Shown here in pieces: positions 27,633-38,574 of a DNA stretch of 64,000 nucleotides. The notes under the pieces are model-generated. The model did no database searches. It had not been told where the DNA came from and was given only the letters and a program-made list of their open reading frames with translations. The stretch lies in contig JAJCTO010000010.1 in NCBI GenBank assembly GCA_046563655.1, positions 248,001 to 312,000 of the forward strand, given 5' to 3'. This DNA comes from Yuukianura sp. NJ FZ-2021. Its lineage: Eukaryota. How positions within the stretch are numbered: position 1 is the first letter of the stretch; each line of letters opens with the position of its first letter. The position numbers were made by a program, and so were the translations under genes.

Positions 27633-28418
27633 ATGCCAATCTCACGCTCCCCAGTGTCGCAGAAAATGTCTCAAACTACTCTTTCGTTTCTTCCACAAAG
27701 CAAAGGAAGCAAACGAGCTGCAGAATCGGAGCCTAACGATGGAAGCGAGCCATGTTCAAAACGATCAAATTTCTCGAATGACGATCTAATGGCGGCAATG
27801 ACAAAACTAATTGGCAATGTTGAATCCAAAATTGACACAAGATGCGACTCCATCGAACTCAAACTGGGAAAATACCAAGAACAAATCGAAGAACTGCAAA
27901 CGAAAACTGAGAATCAACAAAAAGAAATTGATCAACTGAAGAAAATGAACTCCCGCCTCACAGATGAACTAAGACGTAACAACGTTCTGATCCACGGAGT
28001 TCCAGAAGTTACAAATGAAAACACAACGAACGTTACCAACGGCTTCTTCAACCATTACCAAGTCCGAGTTAATGTAGAAGATGCATTTAGGATTGGAAAG
28101 TTTAACCCGACCTCTGATAAACCACGCCCGATTAAGGTTCGCCTGTCTTCCTTTGCGCAACGCGGACAAGCTCTCCAGCTGCGGAAGAAACTCCTTCAAG
28201 ACAAAGATGTGTGCTCCATTACCGAAGACCTGACCATTGAAACCAGAACGGAAAGACGAAAGATATGGGAATCACGACAAAACGGTCAAAGAAATCGTCC
28301 CCGCGCACCCTCACCAAAAGACAAACGTAACGCAAAACAAACTGAACCTATGACACATCAACGCGAATCCAGTACATCAAACTACGTATCCTGGAGGAAC
28401 AGGGCATCGATAACTTAA
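27633..28418 (+). CDS. LINE ORF1 protein (coiled coil plus L1/CR1-type RRM)
   Basis: Heptad-rich region followed by RRNNVLIHGVPE...AFRIGK...KPRPIKVRL...ITEDLT, the typical non-LTR ORF1 pattern. The ORF is intact (261 aa). Confidence 0.88.
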   Translation: MPISRSPVSQKMSQTTLSFLPQSKGSKRAAESEPNDGSEPCSKRSNFSNDDLMAAMTKLIGNVESKIDTRCDSIELKLGKYQEQIEELQTKTENQQKEIDQLKKMNSRLTDELRRNNVLIHGVPEVTNENTTNVTNGFFNHYQVRVNVEDAFRIGKFNPTSDKPRPIKVRLSSFAQRGQALQLRKKLLQDKDVCSITEDLTIETRTERRKIWESRQNGQRNRPRAPSPKDKRNAKQTEPMTHQRESSTSNYVSWRNRASIT

Positions 28419-29516
28419 CATCACCCCTCTTCTCGCTCTACAGAAATCATACAGTTCACAACTCCACGCAAAATTTTTGGAATACAGGGGACCCTCCAAA
28501 ATATCAATCTCTTCTTAACCCTAGATCCTCCCATACAACCGCAAACCCTTGTCTCACTTGCTAAATTTAAACGCAATAACCAACCCTAAACTCTAACTCG
28601 TATTTTACCATTTCAAGTCTCAATTCACACTAAATCTAAACTTTAAGGTAACTTGATTTTACTGTAACCCGCAAACCCCTGTCTCAGTTAACTTAAGTTA
28701 ATAACTCAAACTTTAACTCCACTTTAACCGTGTTTTACCGTATTTTACCTTACTTTTAAATTACTAAATTCGAAATCTCAATTCATACTAAACTGTATCT
28801 TGATAGGGCAATTGCCAATGTCAAATAAACTAATTGAATTGAAAAAGACTGGATACGCTCCTTCTCCTTCTTAAAGATAGAATCCATCTGCAGGTAGGGC
28901 TCCTCTGACGACTTGGTTCGCTGTCTGCAATTCTCCTCCACCCATCCCCAGAATGTCGGCTACTTGTGGAGAAAACTTGATTGTAGTTCCTTCCTTCAAG
29001 GGTATGCGATACTTGAAGATGCTGGATTCGATTCGAAACTGAGAGTTGGGTAGCATATCGTGCAGAAAACTCAATAGTTGAGTGTCAGTCATCAAACGTC
29101 GGTGTGTTTTGATTGGAATTTCCAAAACTTTTGGAGGTGAAAATGCACGCTGATTAGCAGAGCGGCGCTGTCTTTCTCGAAACGAAATGCTCTTGTCATT
29201 CATATCCAGTTCATGTACAGCAGCAGCGACTGTCTCTGCACCTGTTGGCGCGGCGACAAAAGATGGTGGTGGCAACTGGACCCGTTTTGTAAAAATTGTT
29301 CTTCCTGCTCCGACAAACGCATTTCCATAAGTATAACTCAAGTCGGTCAAGGCCACCTCCCATTGATATCCAGGCAGACTGATGGAACTTGCCAACTTAT
29401 TCTTGAAATCGCAAATTAAATTGCCTGGAAAATAGTCCATCGAAGCATTCGATTGAAGCGTTACGTAGAAAGAGTTGGATGTACTCGAACCAGTTGCAGT
29501 CATCATTGTTGTCAAA

Positions 29517-29772
29517 GCACAAATCCTTTTAAATAAAAGCACGAATCCATAAAAATGTGAGGCACGAATCCTTAAAATTGGTTAGCACGAATCCTTTTAA
29601 TCTAAATTAAACTTACCCTCAAATCCAAAAATACGTAGGTAGGGATGAGTAGAATTGTAAGCTCGAATCCACAAGAATGGTTGGCACGAATCCTAAAAGT
29701 CTTTTCTCAACAATTTGTGTTGATCCAAAAGAAGCAAAAGCACGAATGAACAAAATCGCTGGGCACGAATCC
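29517..29772. promoter_or_regulatory. Array of 8 GCACGAATCC-like motifs, mostly 22-23 bp apart, upstream of the penton/core/capsid genes
   Basis: Copies start at 29517, 29539, 29562, 29585, 29661, 29684, 29740 and 29763, with variable spacers. The regulatory role is inferred. Confidence 0.55.
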
Positions 29773-29878
29773 TCAAAAAATGATCACGCTGGATCCTCCC
29801 CACACAACGTTCGGCTGCCCGATCAGCCCCCCTCGCGCGGGCGGGCAGGGGGACCTTGCCTCCGACTCCACGTCTCCT

Positions 29879-30867
29879 TCAAAACTTTTCCCAACGACAG
29901 ACGTTTCCTCCTCCTCCTCCTCTTTGACTCTTGGTCCCTCCTTTTCGGAACACATCCTTTCCAGTTGGATTAGCAGCCCTCCTTACAAGCCTCTTTGCAA
30001 TAGGTGTAGCTTTAGCTCTAGTAGGTGAGGGACGATGAATTTGAAATGGTGGTGGTGGTGGTGGTTGGGGGTTTTCTTCAAAACCGTCTTCTCCCTCTTC
30101 CTCCTCTTCCTCGTCGGTTCCCCTTTCATTCTGGCTGGCACTTGGTGTGTTGTAATTTGATCCCGCCAGGTTCTGTTGTTGTCTTTGCTCAAAAAATATT
30201 GCTGGGGAAGTGATTAGGCGCGAAATTCCAGAGTTTGGAGCAGATCCATCCACAATTTTTGGAGAAATGTACCGCTGCAATTGGTCTCGAACTTGTATGA
30301 ATCCTTCGGGAGCTCTAATATTCTTTCGATCCTTGAGGTTTATGAAATATTGTAGTATGTTTACAATGTCAGAGCCTGGTAGACGTTGCTTTTGAATCAA
30401 AACTTCAAACTTTTCATTCCAAACAATGTCATTGTAGCGCATCAAATGCAAAAATTTTCTTGCATTTTTACTTCCTTTTAGCTGCTCCAAAATGTATGGT
30501 TCAGTAACATCTGAAGATTTTCCACTCTGATGCTGGGATTGGAAATTATACTATCTCCAAGTTGAGTTCCGTAAAAAAGATTTGATTGATTGTCGTCGTC
30601 TTCTTGAAATCCCTCATGTTGACGGTCACGGTCACCCGCAACATTTTTCACCAAAATTGGTTTGGATTCTAAAATATGACGTTTTTGATGGAGACGACGA
30701 GCTAGGTCTTGATACAAAATTGCTTTTATGTCATCTGGTATGTTTGAATTTGACAACACGCTCAGTTTCGGGTCTACAGAATCGACGGCAGGGATAGAAA
30801 CGTCATTTCCAACTAATCTGATTTGATGCTGAATTTTTTGAAAATCTGCTTCGTTCACCAACCTCAT
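29879..30867 (-). pseudogene. Conserved Polinton hypothetical protein, split by a frameshift near 30485
   Basis: Overlapping ORFs 30478-30867 and 29879-30490. The IVWNEKFEV...LPGSDIVNILQYF...APEGF motif resembles the conserved gene next to the pX-like gene in animal Polintons. Confidence 0.6.
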
Positions 30868-31241
30868 TCGCTTCTTTCCGGTTGAGTTTTCTTTTTGAAA
30901 AATCCTACGGCAGTACTAATTAAAGAGGGTAGTACAGCTCGAAGCAAAAGAGATAGTATCGCACCTCCTTTTTGAGACAAGAGTCGTTTTTTCTTAAACT
31001 TGAGACTTGACCTCCGCCGACCCTTGAGTATTGCGAGAATGGTTTTTTTGTATGGTTTCAGGCGTTTGACAGTGTTGGCGGTGATGCCCACGTTCCCTTT
31101 GTATACGTTAAGTATACACTCACAAATGCCTTGAATTTCCTCTTTGCTTGCGTTTTTAATCAATTCTCGCCGCTGTTTAGGTGACGTTGCTTTGGACAAG
31201 TAGCTCAAAAACTCTCTGTTTTGCGCTACACACTTGGACAT
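30864..31241 (-). CDS. Small basic virion protein with a QKGG cleavage site and amphipathic C-terminal helix (pX / membrane-active type)
   Basis: ICECILNVYKGNV...LKPYKKTI...LLSQKGG then AILSLLLRAVLPSLISTAVGFF. The ORF is intact. Confidence 0.75.
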   Translation of the reverse strand: MSKCVAQNREFLSYLSKATSPKQRRELIKNASKEEIQGICECILNVYKGNVGITANTVKRLKPYKKTILAILKGRRRSSLKFKKKRLLSQKGGAILSLLLRAVLPSLISTAVGFFKKKTQPERSE

Positions 31242-31342
31242 GTTGACCAGTCAAGGAGTTGGGCGTCAATGAAGCTTTTCACTCAAGAAGCTGTTAACAA
31301 TAAAGACCATGACACTTGTCGCATTTTAATTTAGTCGTCAAA

Positions 31343-32275
31343 ATGTCAGAGCTTTAAAAACAAACCAAAGAGGATTACGTAAATCCAAATGTCCAGCATA
31401 GCTTTTCGGGTGCATATCAAGTTAAAAAAAGTTTGAAAAATCATTCAAAAGATGTCGAACGGTCACTCTCTTCCATACAAGCATATACTCTGCACAAACG
31501 AGCTCGGAAAAGATATCCTAGGCGAAGAGTATTCATTCCTGGACTTAAGCAACAAATGGTAGCAGATCTGATTGACGTAAGCAAGTATAGCGACTCAAAC
31601 AACGGATACAAGTTCTTGTTGACTTGCATCAATGGGTTTAGTAAAGTTGCAGATGCAATTCCACTCAAGAATAAAAATGCACCTACTGTGCGAAATGCTC
31701 TGGCGAAGATTATAGAGAAGCGAGGACCTTGCAAGTACTTGCAGGTTGACCGAGGCAAAGAATTCATCAATAAAACTGTGGAAAAGTTACTCAAACAGCA
31801 TGGAATCCATTTGTTCAGTACAGGATCCGAGTTGAAGGCGGTAATTGTGGAGAGATTCAACCAGACTCTTATGAATAGAATTGCTCGCTACATGACATAC
31901 AAAGAAACGGAGAAATTTTACGACGTTCTGCCTGCGATCGTGGAGAATTACAACAATTCATACCACTCTTCCATCAAATGTGCACCGAATCAAGTCAATG
32001 AAGAAACGAAAACTGACGTTTTTCTAAATCTCTACAAAGACAGAGTCGTAAAGCGTCGTAAAAAAACGAAATTCTCCGTTGGGGACACTGTTCTGATTAG
32101 TAAAATCAAAAAAATCTTTGAAAAGGGCTACTCGAGGTTTTGGAATCGAGAGCAGTTCAAGGTTTCCAAAGTTTTTTATACTAATCCAACCAGCTATCAG
32201 CTTCAGGATTTAAAAGGAGAGTTCATCTTTGGAGTATTTTATGATCCGGAACTCCAGAAAATTCTTCATTCCTAA
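31343..32275 (+). CDS. Polinton retroviral-like (rve) integrase; 5' end degraded, open from 31433; no C-terminal chromodomain
   Basis: AYTLHKRARKRYPRR, ADLIDV (D), LQVDRGKEF (D), VERFNQTL (E), YNNSYHSSIKCAP, FEKGY, FYDPELQK. Confidence 0.93.
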
Positions 32276-32458
32276 CCTTGAAGTCCGCGGGTGATGAACT
32301 GTGGTTGCATTTTTAGTATCTGGAGATCATTTCCCGAATTTTTGTGTAAACGAAATTCTACAACTACAATCACCGTGTGTAAATCCTTCTCTTGCCACTG
32401 CAACTTGAACAAATCGTCACGAGGACAATCTGTGAAGCTCCACCCACCCACTCAAGAA

Positions 32459-32821
32459 ATGGCTACTCCTGGACCAAGCTTTGTACCATCCGAAGACATG
32501 GAAGGTCACGAAAGTTCACCTCCATACACCCTACATTCTACTCGTCAAAAGAAAAAGAAGCATTATCCAGCACACACGCGCAAAGTCTCATCGGTTCCCA
32601 TGATTGTGGAGATTCGTAAACAATTCCCAAATCCTCTTCCGCCGCCTCAAGTCATGCTCGAGAATGGATGGACCCTCTTTTTTGCTGATCATCTTGGGAA
32701 TACTACAGACAACTCTTATCTTCACATTCGAAAAGAGTTGGAACCGGGTGTTGGAATCTGCATTCCTGCAGATTTGTTTGACTGTCTAGTTCAAGGACTA
32801 CTTGAACTCAAACGAACTTGA
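32459..32821 (+). CDS. Hypothetical protein
   Basis: ATG at 32459 within ORF 32291-32821; it ends convergent with the ATPase. No motif recognised. Confidence 0.4.
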   Translation: MATPGPSFVPSEDMEGHESSPPYTLHSTRQKKKKHYPAHTRKVSSVPMIVEIRKQFPNPLPPPQVMLENGWTLFFADHLGNTTDNSYLHIRKELEPGVGICIPADLFDCLVQGLLELKRT

Positions 32822-32840
32822 GGGGTAAGTTACCTTGAAT

Positions 32841-33503
32841 CTATTTTTTCAAATAGACGATGCATGATGGGTCGGGAAAAAGATTTGAACGGAAACGGTG
32901 TTCATCATCCTGCTGTTGACTCAAGTCCATAAACAAGTAACTGTTTGGCTTGTTTTTTGTTGCGTCATCGTATGCAGCTTCAAGGACGGGATGACTTTTT
33001 CCATTGTTCATTTGTCTTCCCAGAAACTGAATGATTGTAGAGTCACGTGGATTTCGAAATAACGCCAAATATTTGTTGTTTAACGTCAAGTTTCTACAGT
33101 TTTTGTAGAAAAAGTTTTGCATTGTAATGATTAGAGACATTGATCTATGATGACTCCCTCGAGTCACCACAGTGCAAACGTCCTTGGACATTGCAATCTC
33201 TTCCATAAAGTCGTCGAGAATTACGAGAGTGGGAACTCGGTTTCCCTCGGCCACGTCCACCTCCATACCCTTTTGAAATTCAACACAAGCGTCCTCCTTG
33301 TCCTTGAAAGCTTCATGCACAGAACTTGCAAACGAAGGCAAATCTTCACCGTAGCAATAGATTACTCGCTCAATTTTAGGCTCAATCACTTCATCTTTTC
33401 TCAAAATTAATTGATGAATTAATGTACTCTTTCCAGATTGCGTGGCTCCTGCACAAACCATCACAAACGGATGACTCAAACCAAAATGAAAACTCATCTC
33501 CAC
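32841..33503 (-). CDS. Genome-packaging ATPase (A32/FtsK-HerA family)
   Basis: Walker A GATQSGKS, Walker B VILDD, RGSHHRSMSLIITMQN, YLFMDL. The ORF is intact. Confidence 0.94.
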   Translation of the reverse strand: MEMSFHFGLSHPFVMVCAGATQSGKSTLIHQLILRKDEVIEPKIERVIYCYGEDLPSFASSVHEAFKDKEDACVEFQKGMEVDVAEGNRVPTLVILDDFMEEIAMSKDVCTVVTRGSHHRSMSLIITMQNFFYKNCRNLTLNNKYLALFRNPRDSTIIQFLGRQMNNGKSHPVLEAAYDDATKNKPNSYLFMDLSQQQDDEHRFRSNLFPDPSCIVYLKK

Positions 33504-33588
33504 ACCTTTTTAAACACTTGCTATTGGTCAAACGTTCAAATTCAAACTAAAATTTAAATCTTTATTAAATTGGCTTATATTAGGACTC

Positions 33589-36500
33589 TTAAACTTGTTG
33601 CATTTGCTCGTCTTGTTCTTCTTGTTGTTGTTGTTGTTGGTACATTGGGATTTGGTAGTGACTAAACCGGAGAGACTCAATTGGAGAAATGTAGTAGCCA
33701 GATTTGTCTTCTAGAGCGGAAAGGCTCTGCTTGCATACGGTCGTTGTGTACACTCGGTCCATGCTTCGAATTGTGGTCATTTTTACGCTGAGTGCAGATG
33801 ACTCGTCCAAAACACGAAGATAGTCTTCAAAACGAAGTTCATTTTTCACCGCAGCTCTCACCGTCCCCTTCGCTTTTTTACGGTCCGAGACGATGTTGTT
33901 CTGGTCCAGAGAGCGGACACAGTACAGTTTTGGCTTGAGTGCAACCACCTCAGTTACAATTGAATTGGCAAATTCGTCCTTGAAGTAGCCACACTTTCCT
34001 TGATGTTGCTGGGAAGACAAGTGTCCGAGGGTTGGATGCTTGGGATCATAGTTGGAAGTGTCAAGTCGAAGTCTTGGTAGAGATCTGGAGTCTTGATGTG
34101 CAACAGGAGACTGTCCGTGTCCGTCATAACCAGTCTCATGTTTTCGCCATACTTTTTCTGCATGACATTGTAGTAGAAATCGTACATGATTCGTTTGCTG
34201 TCATCTAAAACTGTAAGTCCAGCACTTATGTGCTTATTTAAACATACTGAAAGCTTTTTCATCATAAACAAGACACACTCTTCGTGTAAAATTTTGAAAC
34301 GCTTTACAGTTGGTTTTTTTCCATACTCGAAAACTTTCTGACGAGTCAGCGCAATGTTGATTCTCTTGTGCTTTCGAACATTTTGCAACAGTTTCCCAAA
34401 CACAATGTTACTCATCGCTTTCCAAAATTTCACATCAACCGGATTCGCGGCACTTCTTCTTCTCTGGATGCACATTTCAATGTAGGCTCGCATAAGAGGT
34501 GCTTGTGTGAAACGAAGACCTCGGTGTATTTTTGTCAACTTGAGTCCCAACTGCAGAAACAACTTGAGCAGTCTGTAGTGGATAATGTAATTTTTTTTTG
34601 GGTAAAGTGTGCCCATCAGTTTGGATTTGTTGACTGAGGTCGGTCTAACACCCAAATTTTCCATCACGTTTTTTGTGTAGGGGGACAAGTTTTCATATTC
34701 AATGATTCCTCGTTCTACTGCCTGCGGATAGTCATTGTGTTGGTCATGCAGTTCATCTGGGTAGTCCAAGTCCACCTCCAAAATGAGCCCTTCTCTGTCA
34801 TCATCTCCCATCCTCAACATTCTTGCAACTGCACTCTCCAAATCTGCGGTTCGTGCCTCAAAGCTGGGATCCAAACGGAAATTCTTCCAAGGAACAAAGC
34901 ATCTCAAACATGTGCTGTAAAGAAGATTAGCGTCCTACAAGCACAAGTAGCTGATTGGTTTCGACGGGTCGTATTGCGCTCCCATGTAAGGATTGTTTGC
35001 TTTTGCATATCGAAGCCCCACAGCACAGTTTCCACCTCGAATTCCTCGCTCACACCACATGTACATGTCATCCAACTTCAAGTAGTCATATTCGACTCTT
35101 CCAACCAACATTGCAGCATCGTAGGCAATTCCTGGGAGCGTAACGTAATGAGCTGGATCTAAACGGAAACTTGTAATCATAGTATCTCTCAAATCCTGGA
35201 AGCAATCCGCCAACAAGCAAATGTCCAACTTCACATAAAGGTTGTGATAATCTTTGAGTGTTCTACATCCAAACTCTTCCCACACCTTCATTGCTCTTTC
35301 GTAATCTTCGTCTGAAATTCCTTCCCCTCTCAGCTCACTGTAGAATGCCTCCTTGTCCGGCAGCCCAGACTCGTCCAACTTCTCAAAACTGTCCATGTAC
35401 TCGTACGGGTAGACGCCCTTCTGAAGCAGAAAAGACATTGCTCTTGGATGATGACGAAATGCAGCTTTGGTCACTTGGAACTTGTTTACATCTTTTTTCG
35501 ATAACATTTCTACCAAGTCTGCCAAGCTGGAACTGATAAACTGATAAGAGTCTATAAACTTGAGTGCATTACCACCATGAGTTGTACACTCCATAGATGT
35601 AAACTTTTCTTCTGACGTAGGTAGGGGTAAAACATGTTTGAACAAGTTGCTTTTCAACGCTTGAACTATAAAGTGAGAATCATAGTTCCGAAAATTGTGA
35701 AAAATTATCGGGATTTTTTTCGTGACTTACAGCTCACACCTCGAATACGCCCCGTGAGGTGGCAGTGGTCAATTACAGTGTCTCTCACATTTTGAAACTG
35801 AACTCCACAATGGATACAATTTGTGGCTGCCGTTCTCATATTATAAAAATCGACTTCAGTGTATGATGGGTCCCGTCCAACATCTTGTTTCAATTTTATG
35901 AAATATGGTTCAGTAATGTTCACCAAATCTTCAAGTAAATGTTGAGCAGCGTTTCGACCACAAAAGATCAAGGGTTCTTCGCACATCCTCCCGGTTGGTC
36001 CTAGAATCACAAAACTGTAGCCACAGTCTACATGTTCATTCAGCACAGTTCCAACTCGCATTGTTCCGTTTTCCTGCCGTAAAATGCACTCAAAATCACA
36101 GAAAATGACACAGGCAGTGTGTGACGAATGTGCTTGAATGTGTACTTGAATTCTGGTGGAAAACATACTCCCTGCGGTTCTACGGCAGCACAAAAAACTT
36201 GATGTCTTTCTAGTGTCGCCTTCGACTGCCAATAATGAAGACAAAAGTTACAAATGTACTTTTGATCATACCTCTCGTTTTGTCCCAACAGACGAGACAA
36301 TCCGAAGGATGGATTTTCATCCGATTGCTTCAGCAAAACAAAGTGTGAGTTACATCCTTCAATTAGCAGCAACAGATCAATGTGCTTTTGTCTTTTTTCA
36401 CGACAAACATACAGCGGAAACACTTTCATTTTCTGTCTTGAGTAATTTGGGTCTAGTTCGTCGATTGCTTCATAGCCATACACATTCACGGAAAGTATTG

Positions 36501-37350
36501 TATTAACTTGTAAGAACTTGTCCATTTGCTCCAAATCCATGGGAAATTTGACGCAGGCAAAGTCTACGGAATTAGGAAAGTTGTCGTAGCTTCTAGGATC
36601 CGTAATTTGATACCAGTTCGCTGATACATCCTTGTGCAATGGGTATAATTCAGCTAAGATGGCATATTTAAAGCATTGTTGGTCCGAATTTCTAATATTA
36701 ACAACACATCCTTTTCTAGTCATGTGAGCAGGCGTAGGAATCCAGCCATCTCCACGCTGCATACGGTACACTGAAAATTTGAATGTAATCCATTTGAATC
36801 GACTAACACGCCATCCAGAGCCCTTCCTCAAGAATGCGGCTATTGTATCTCCAATTTTGTTTGACATAAGCCGAAGGGTATTTTGAATCATTCTGGGTTC
36901 TAAGGTGATGTGGGTAAATGAACGGAATGGAAAATCCTCAACTTGTTGTTCAGTGTTACTTCCATGAACTTGTCTTGTCATTTCAAGTGCAACACTGCTC
37001 ACCAAATACGACCCGATTTCTCCATGAATCCTTCTCATCAAATCCCGCAAAGTTGCTGAACAGTGAGCAAACACACCAACCACATCCACAAACACATCTT
37101 CATCAAACGTTGCGGTATACTCTCGAGTGGTACCGCCGAAAGCAGTCAATTCATCGAAATGTACTTCATTCTCTGGAGCACTTCCACCCTGTTGGTTTTG
37201 TACAGAAGGATACAGTTCTGGGTGAGTATTGTACTGGTGCTCATCCAACTGCCCAGGATACTCAAAATTTATTCCACACAGAGCACAAAATCGTCTCTTG
37301 TAATTCCTCAATTCCAACGCAACAGAATCTCGTTCTAAATTGAAAGACAA
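33589..37350 (-). pseudogene. Protein-primed DNA polymerase B 1, in five fragments
   Basis: N-terminal C2H2 finger; GSGW and VNIRNSDQQCFKYAIL; FCDFE (ExoI); Endo VII-like DHCHLTG; FHNFRNYDSH (ExoII); FIDSY; KGVYPYEYMDS; L*DANLLY (motif A); KAMSNIVFGK (motif B); MTDTDS (motif C); KKAKG. Confidence 0.95.
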
Positions 37351-37491
37351 GATTATTTTTACAAAAAAATTTCATCATCATCATGACATCCGAACATTCC
37401 GTCGGCTGATACTGAAGGGGTACAGATGCCGACCGTGAACTACTTGTACCAGCAATGAGACCTAAAAAACCAACAACAACAACAACAACAA

Positions 37492-37863
37492 TCAAAACAT
37501 GCTCTGCTTTCGAATTACTAATTTGCGATTACCTGGTAATTGAATACTTGGATGGACTTGTTGAATGTGACTTATAAAATCTCGTTCAGAAAGCCCTCTC
37601 AAGTTACATGTTTCGCATCCATACTGTCTTCCGAATACTCCCGAGGTATCATAATGCTCAGTTTGAATGTCTTCAAACAATTCACCTAATGTAACAAGAA
37701 TTTTATGAACAATGTGCATTTCTGCCTCAATTGTTTTAAGCTTACCAGGTATTTCAATGTCCAGATGGGTAGTTTGGACGTGATGTAAGAACTGTTGTGC
37801 ATCTAAATTTTGCAATTGGCATCTGTCACAAGAGTAAAATCTACTAGAACTAAAACCAGACAT
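37492..37863 (-). CDS. Small protein with two C2H2 zinc fingers, just upstream of PolB1 (possibly its former N-terminus)
   Basis: YSCDRC...FLHHVQTTH and YGCETC...FISHIQQVH. Confidence 0.65.
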   Translation of the reverse strand: MSGFSSSRFYSCDRCQLQNLDAQQFLHHVQTTHLDIEIPGKLKTIEAEMHIVHKILVTLGELFEDIQTEHYDTSGVFGRQYGCETCNLRGLSERDFISHIQQVHPSIQLPGNRKLVIRKQSMF

Positions 37864-37988
37864 ATTTCTCCTCCCTACAATTGTACTGGTTCAAGGTTAA
37901 TGCACAACTGAACTCAGTTTCGTTTTTTGTTGCCCTTATGTGTTAAGAAATGACACCCTAACCTCCCCTCAAAAGTTTCCTCTCAAGT

Positions 37989-38105
37989 AAAGAGTTGGTG
38001 GAAGTGAACTCTTCCTCGTATACTCTTCTAAACTGGGAGAAGGAATAAAAGAGATGGTGGAAGTGAACTCTTCCATGTATACTCTTCTTCACTGGGAGAA
38101 GGAAT
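37989..38105. repeat. Two-copy 59-bp direct repeat in a divergent intergenic region
   Basis: AAAGAG(T/A)TGGTGGAAGTGAACTCTTCC...ACTGGGAGAAGGAAT at 37989 and 38048. Confidence 0.85.
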
Positions 38106-38135
38106 GAGATCATCATTTTCTCATGCACTCTGAAA

Positions 38136-38477
38136 GTGCAAGTAGGTCATGTTTACATTTTTGACTTACAGGTCAAGTTTGTTTTTGTTATTGTTTTTAC
38201 TAGCGCCCACAGACTAGTTACTACTTGTGCGTCATCGTCATGTTCTTCGACAATTAGGCCGCCGCCTCCTCCTCCCCCGCCACCGCCGCCGCCTCCCCCT
38301 CCCCCGCCCCCGGCACCAGGGCCACCACCACACCGAAAGTCACATCTCTCCCTTTGGCCTCCGCTTCCGAACGGTCCACCACCAGAACAGAAAGTTCGAC
38401 TCCCTTCAATCTATCCACCAAATTGTGTCATTCCACCCCTACCTTACCAAGAATGGCTTTGTGAAAGGCTAAAATAA
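38136..38477 (+). CDS. Poly-proline hypothetical protein; start uncertain
   Basis: Hydrophobic N-terminal stretch and a long Pro run encoded by mixed CCN codons; the stop lies within AATAAA. Confidence 0.35.
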   Translation: MQVGHVYIFDLQVKFVFVIVFTSAHRLVTTCASSSCSSTIRPPPPPPPPPPPPPPPPPPAPGPPPHRKSHLSLWPPLPNGPPPEQKVRLPSIYPPNCVIPPLPYQEWLCERLK

Positions 38478-38574
38478 AATTACAATCTAAAAATTACAAC
38501 ACCGAGTCATTCGATTGGATGTTTTTTTTTAATTAAAATTTAGATTTTAATTTTCTTTAACAAACGAATTAGGT

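Larger units (their letters stand above)
26057..28841 (+). mobile_element. Non-autonomous non-LTR retroelement carrying only ORF1
   Basis: 16-bp TSD AAAAAGACTGGATACG at 26041-26056 and 28842-28857. The 3' end is AATAAACTAATTGAATTG. It contains an ORF1 but no reverse transcriptase ORF. Confidence 0.85.
25767..29506 (-). pseudogene. Minor capsid protein (penton), split by a LINE insertion; one premature stop
   Basis: N-terminal part SFYVTLQSNASMDYFPGNLICDFKNKL...WEVALTDLSY (28858-29506). C-terminal part LFVYCNLIRPQFIGDALATILRVV...ATLRFR (25767-26056). Removing the insertion and one TSD copy gives in-frame GFYL*EGEGAYPVFLNAG. Confidence 0.9.

Noticed and set aside
22361..35720. Programmed frameshifting to explain split viral ORFs
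   Set aside because: In-frame stops and TE insertions show real decay. Several shifts fall in homopolymers and may be sequencing errors, as the T5/T6 variation in the satellite suggests.
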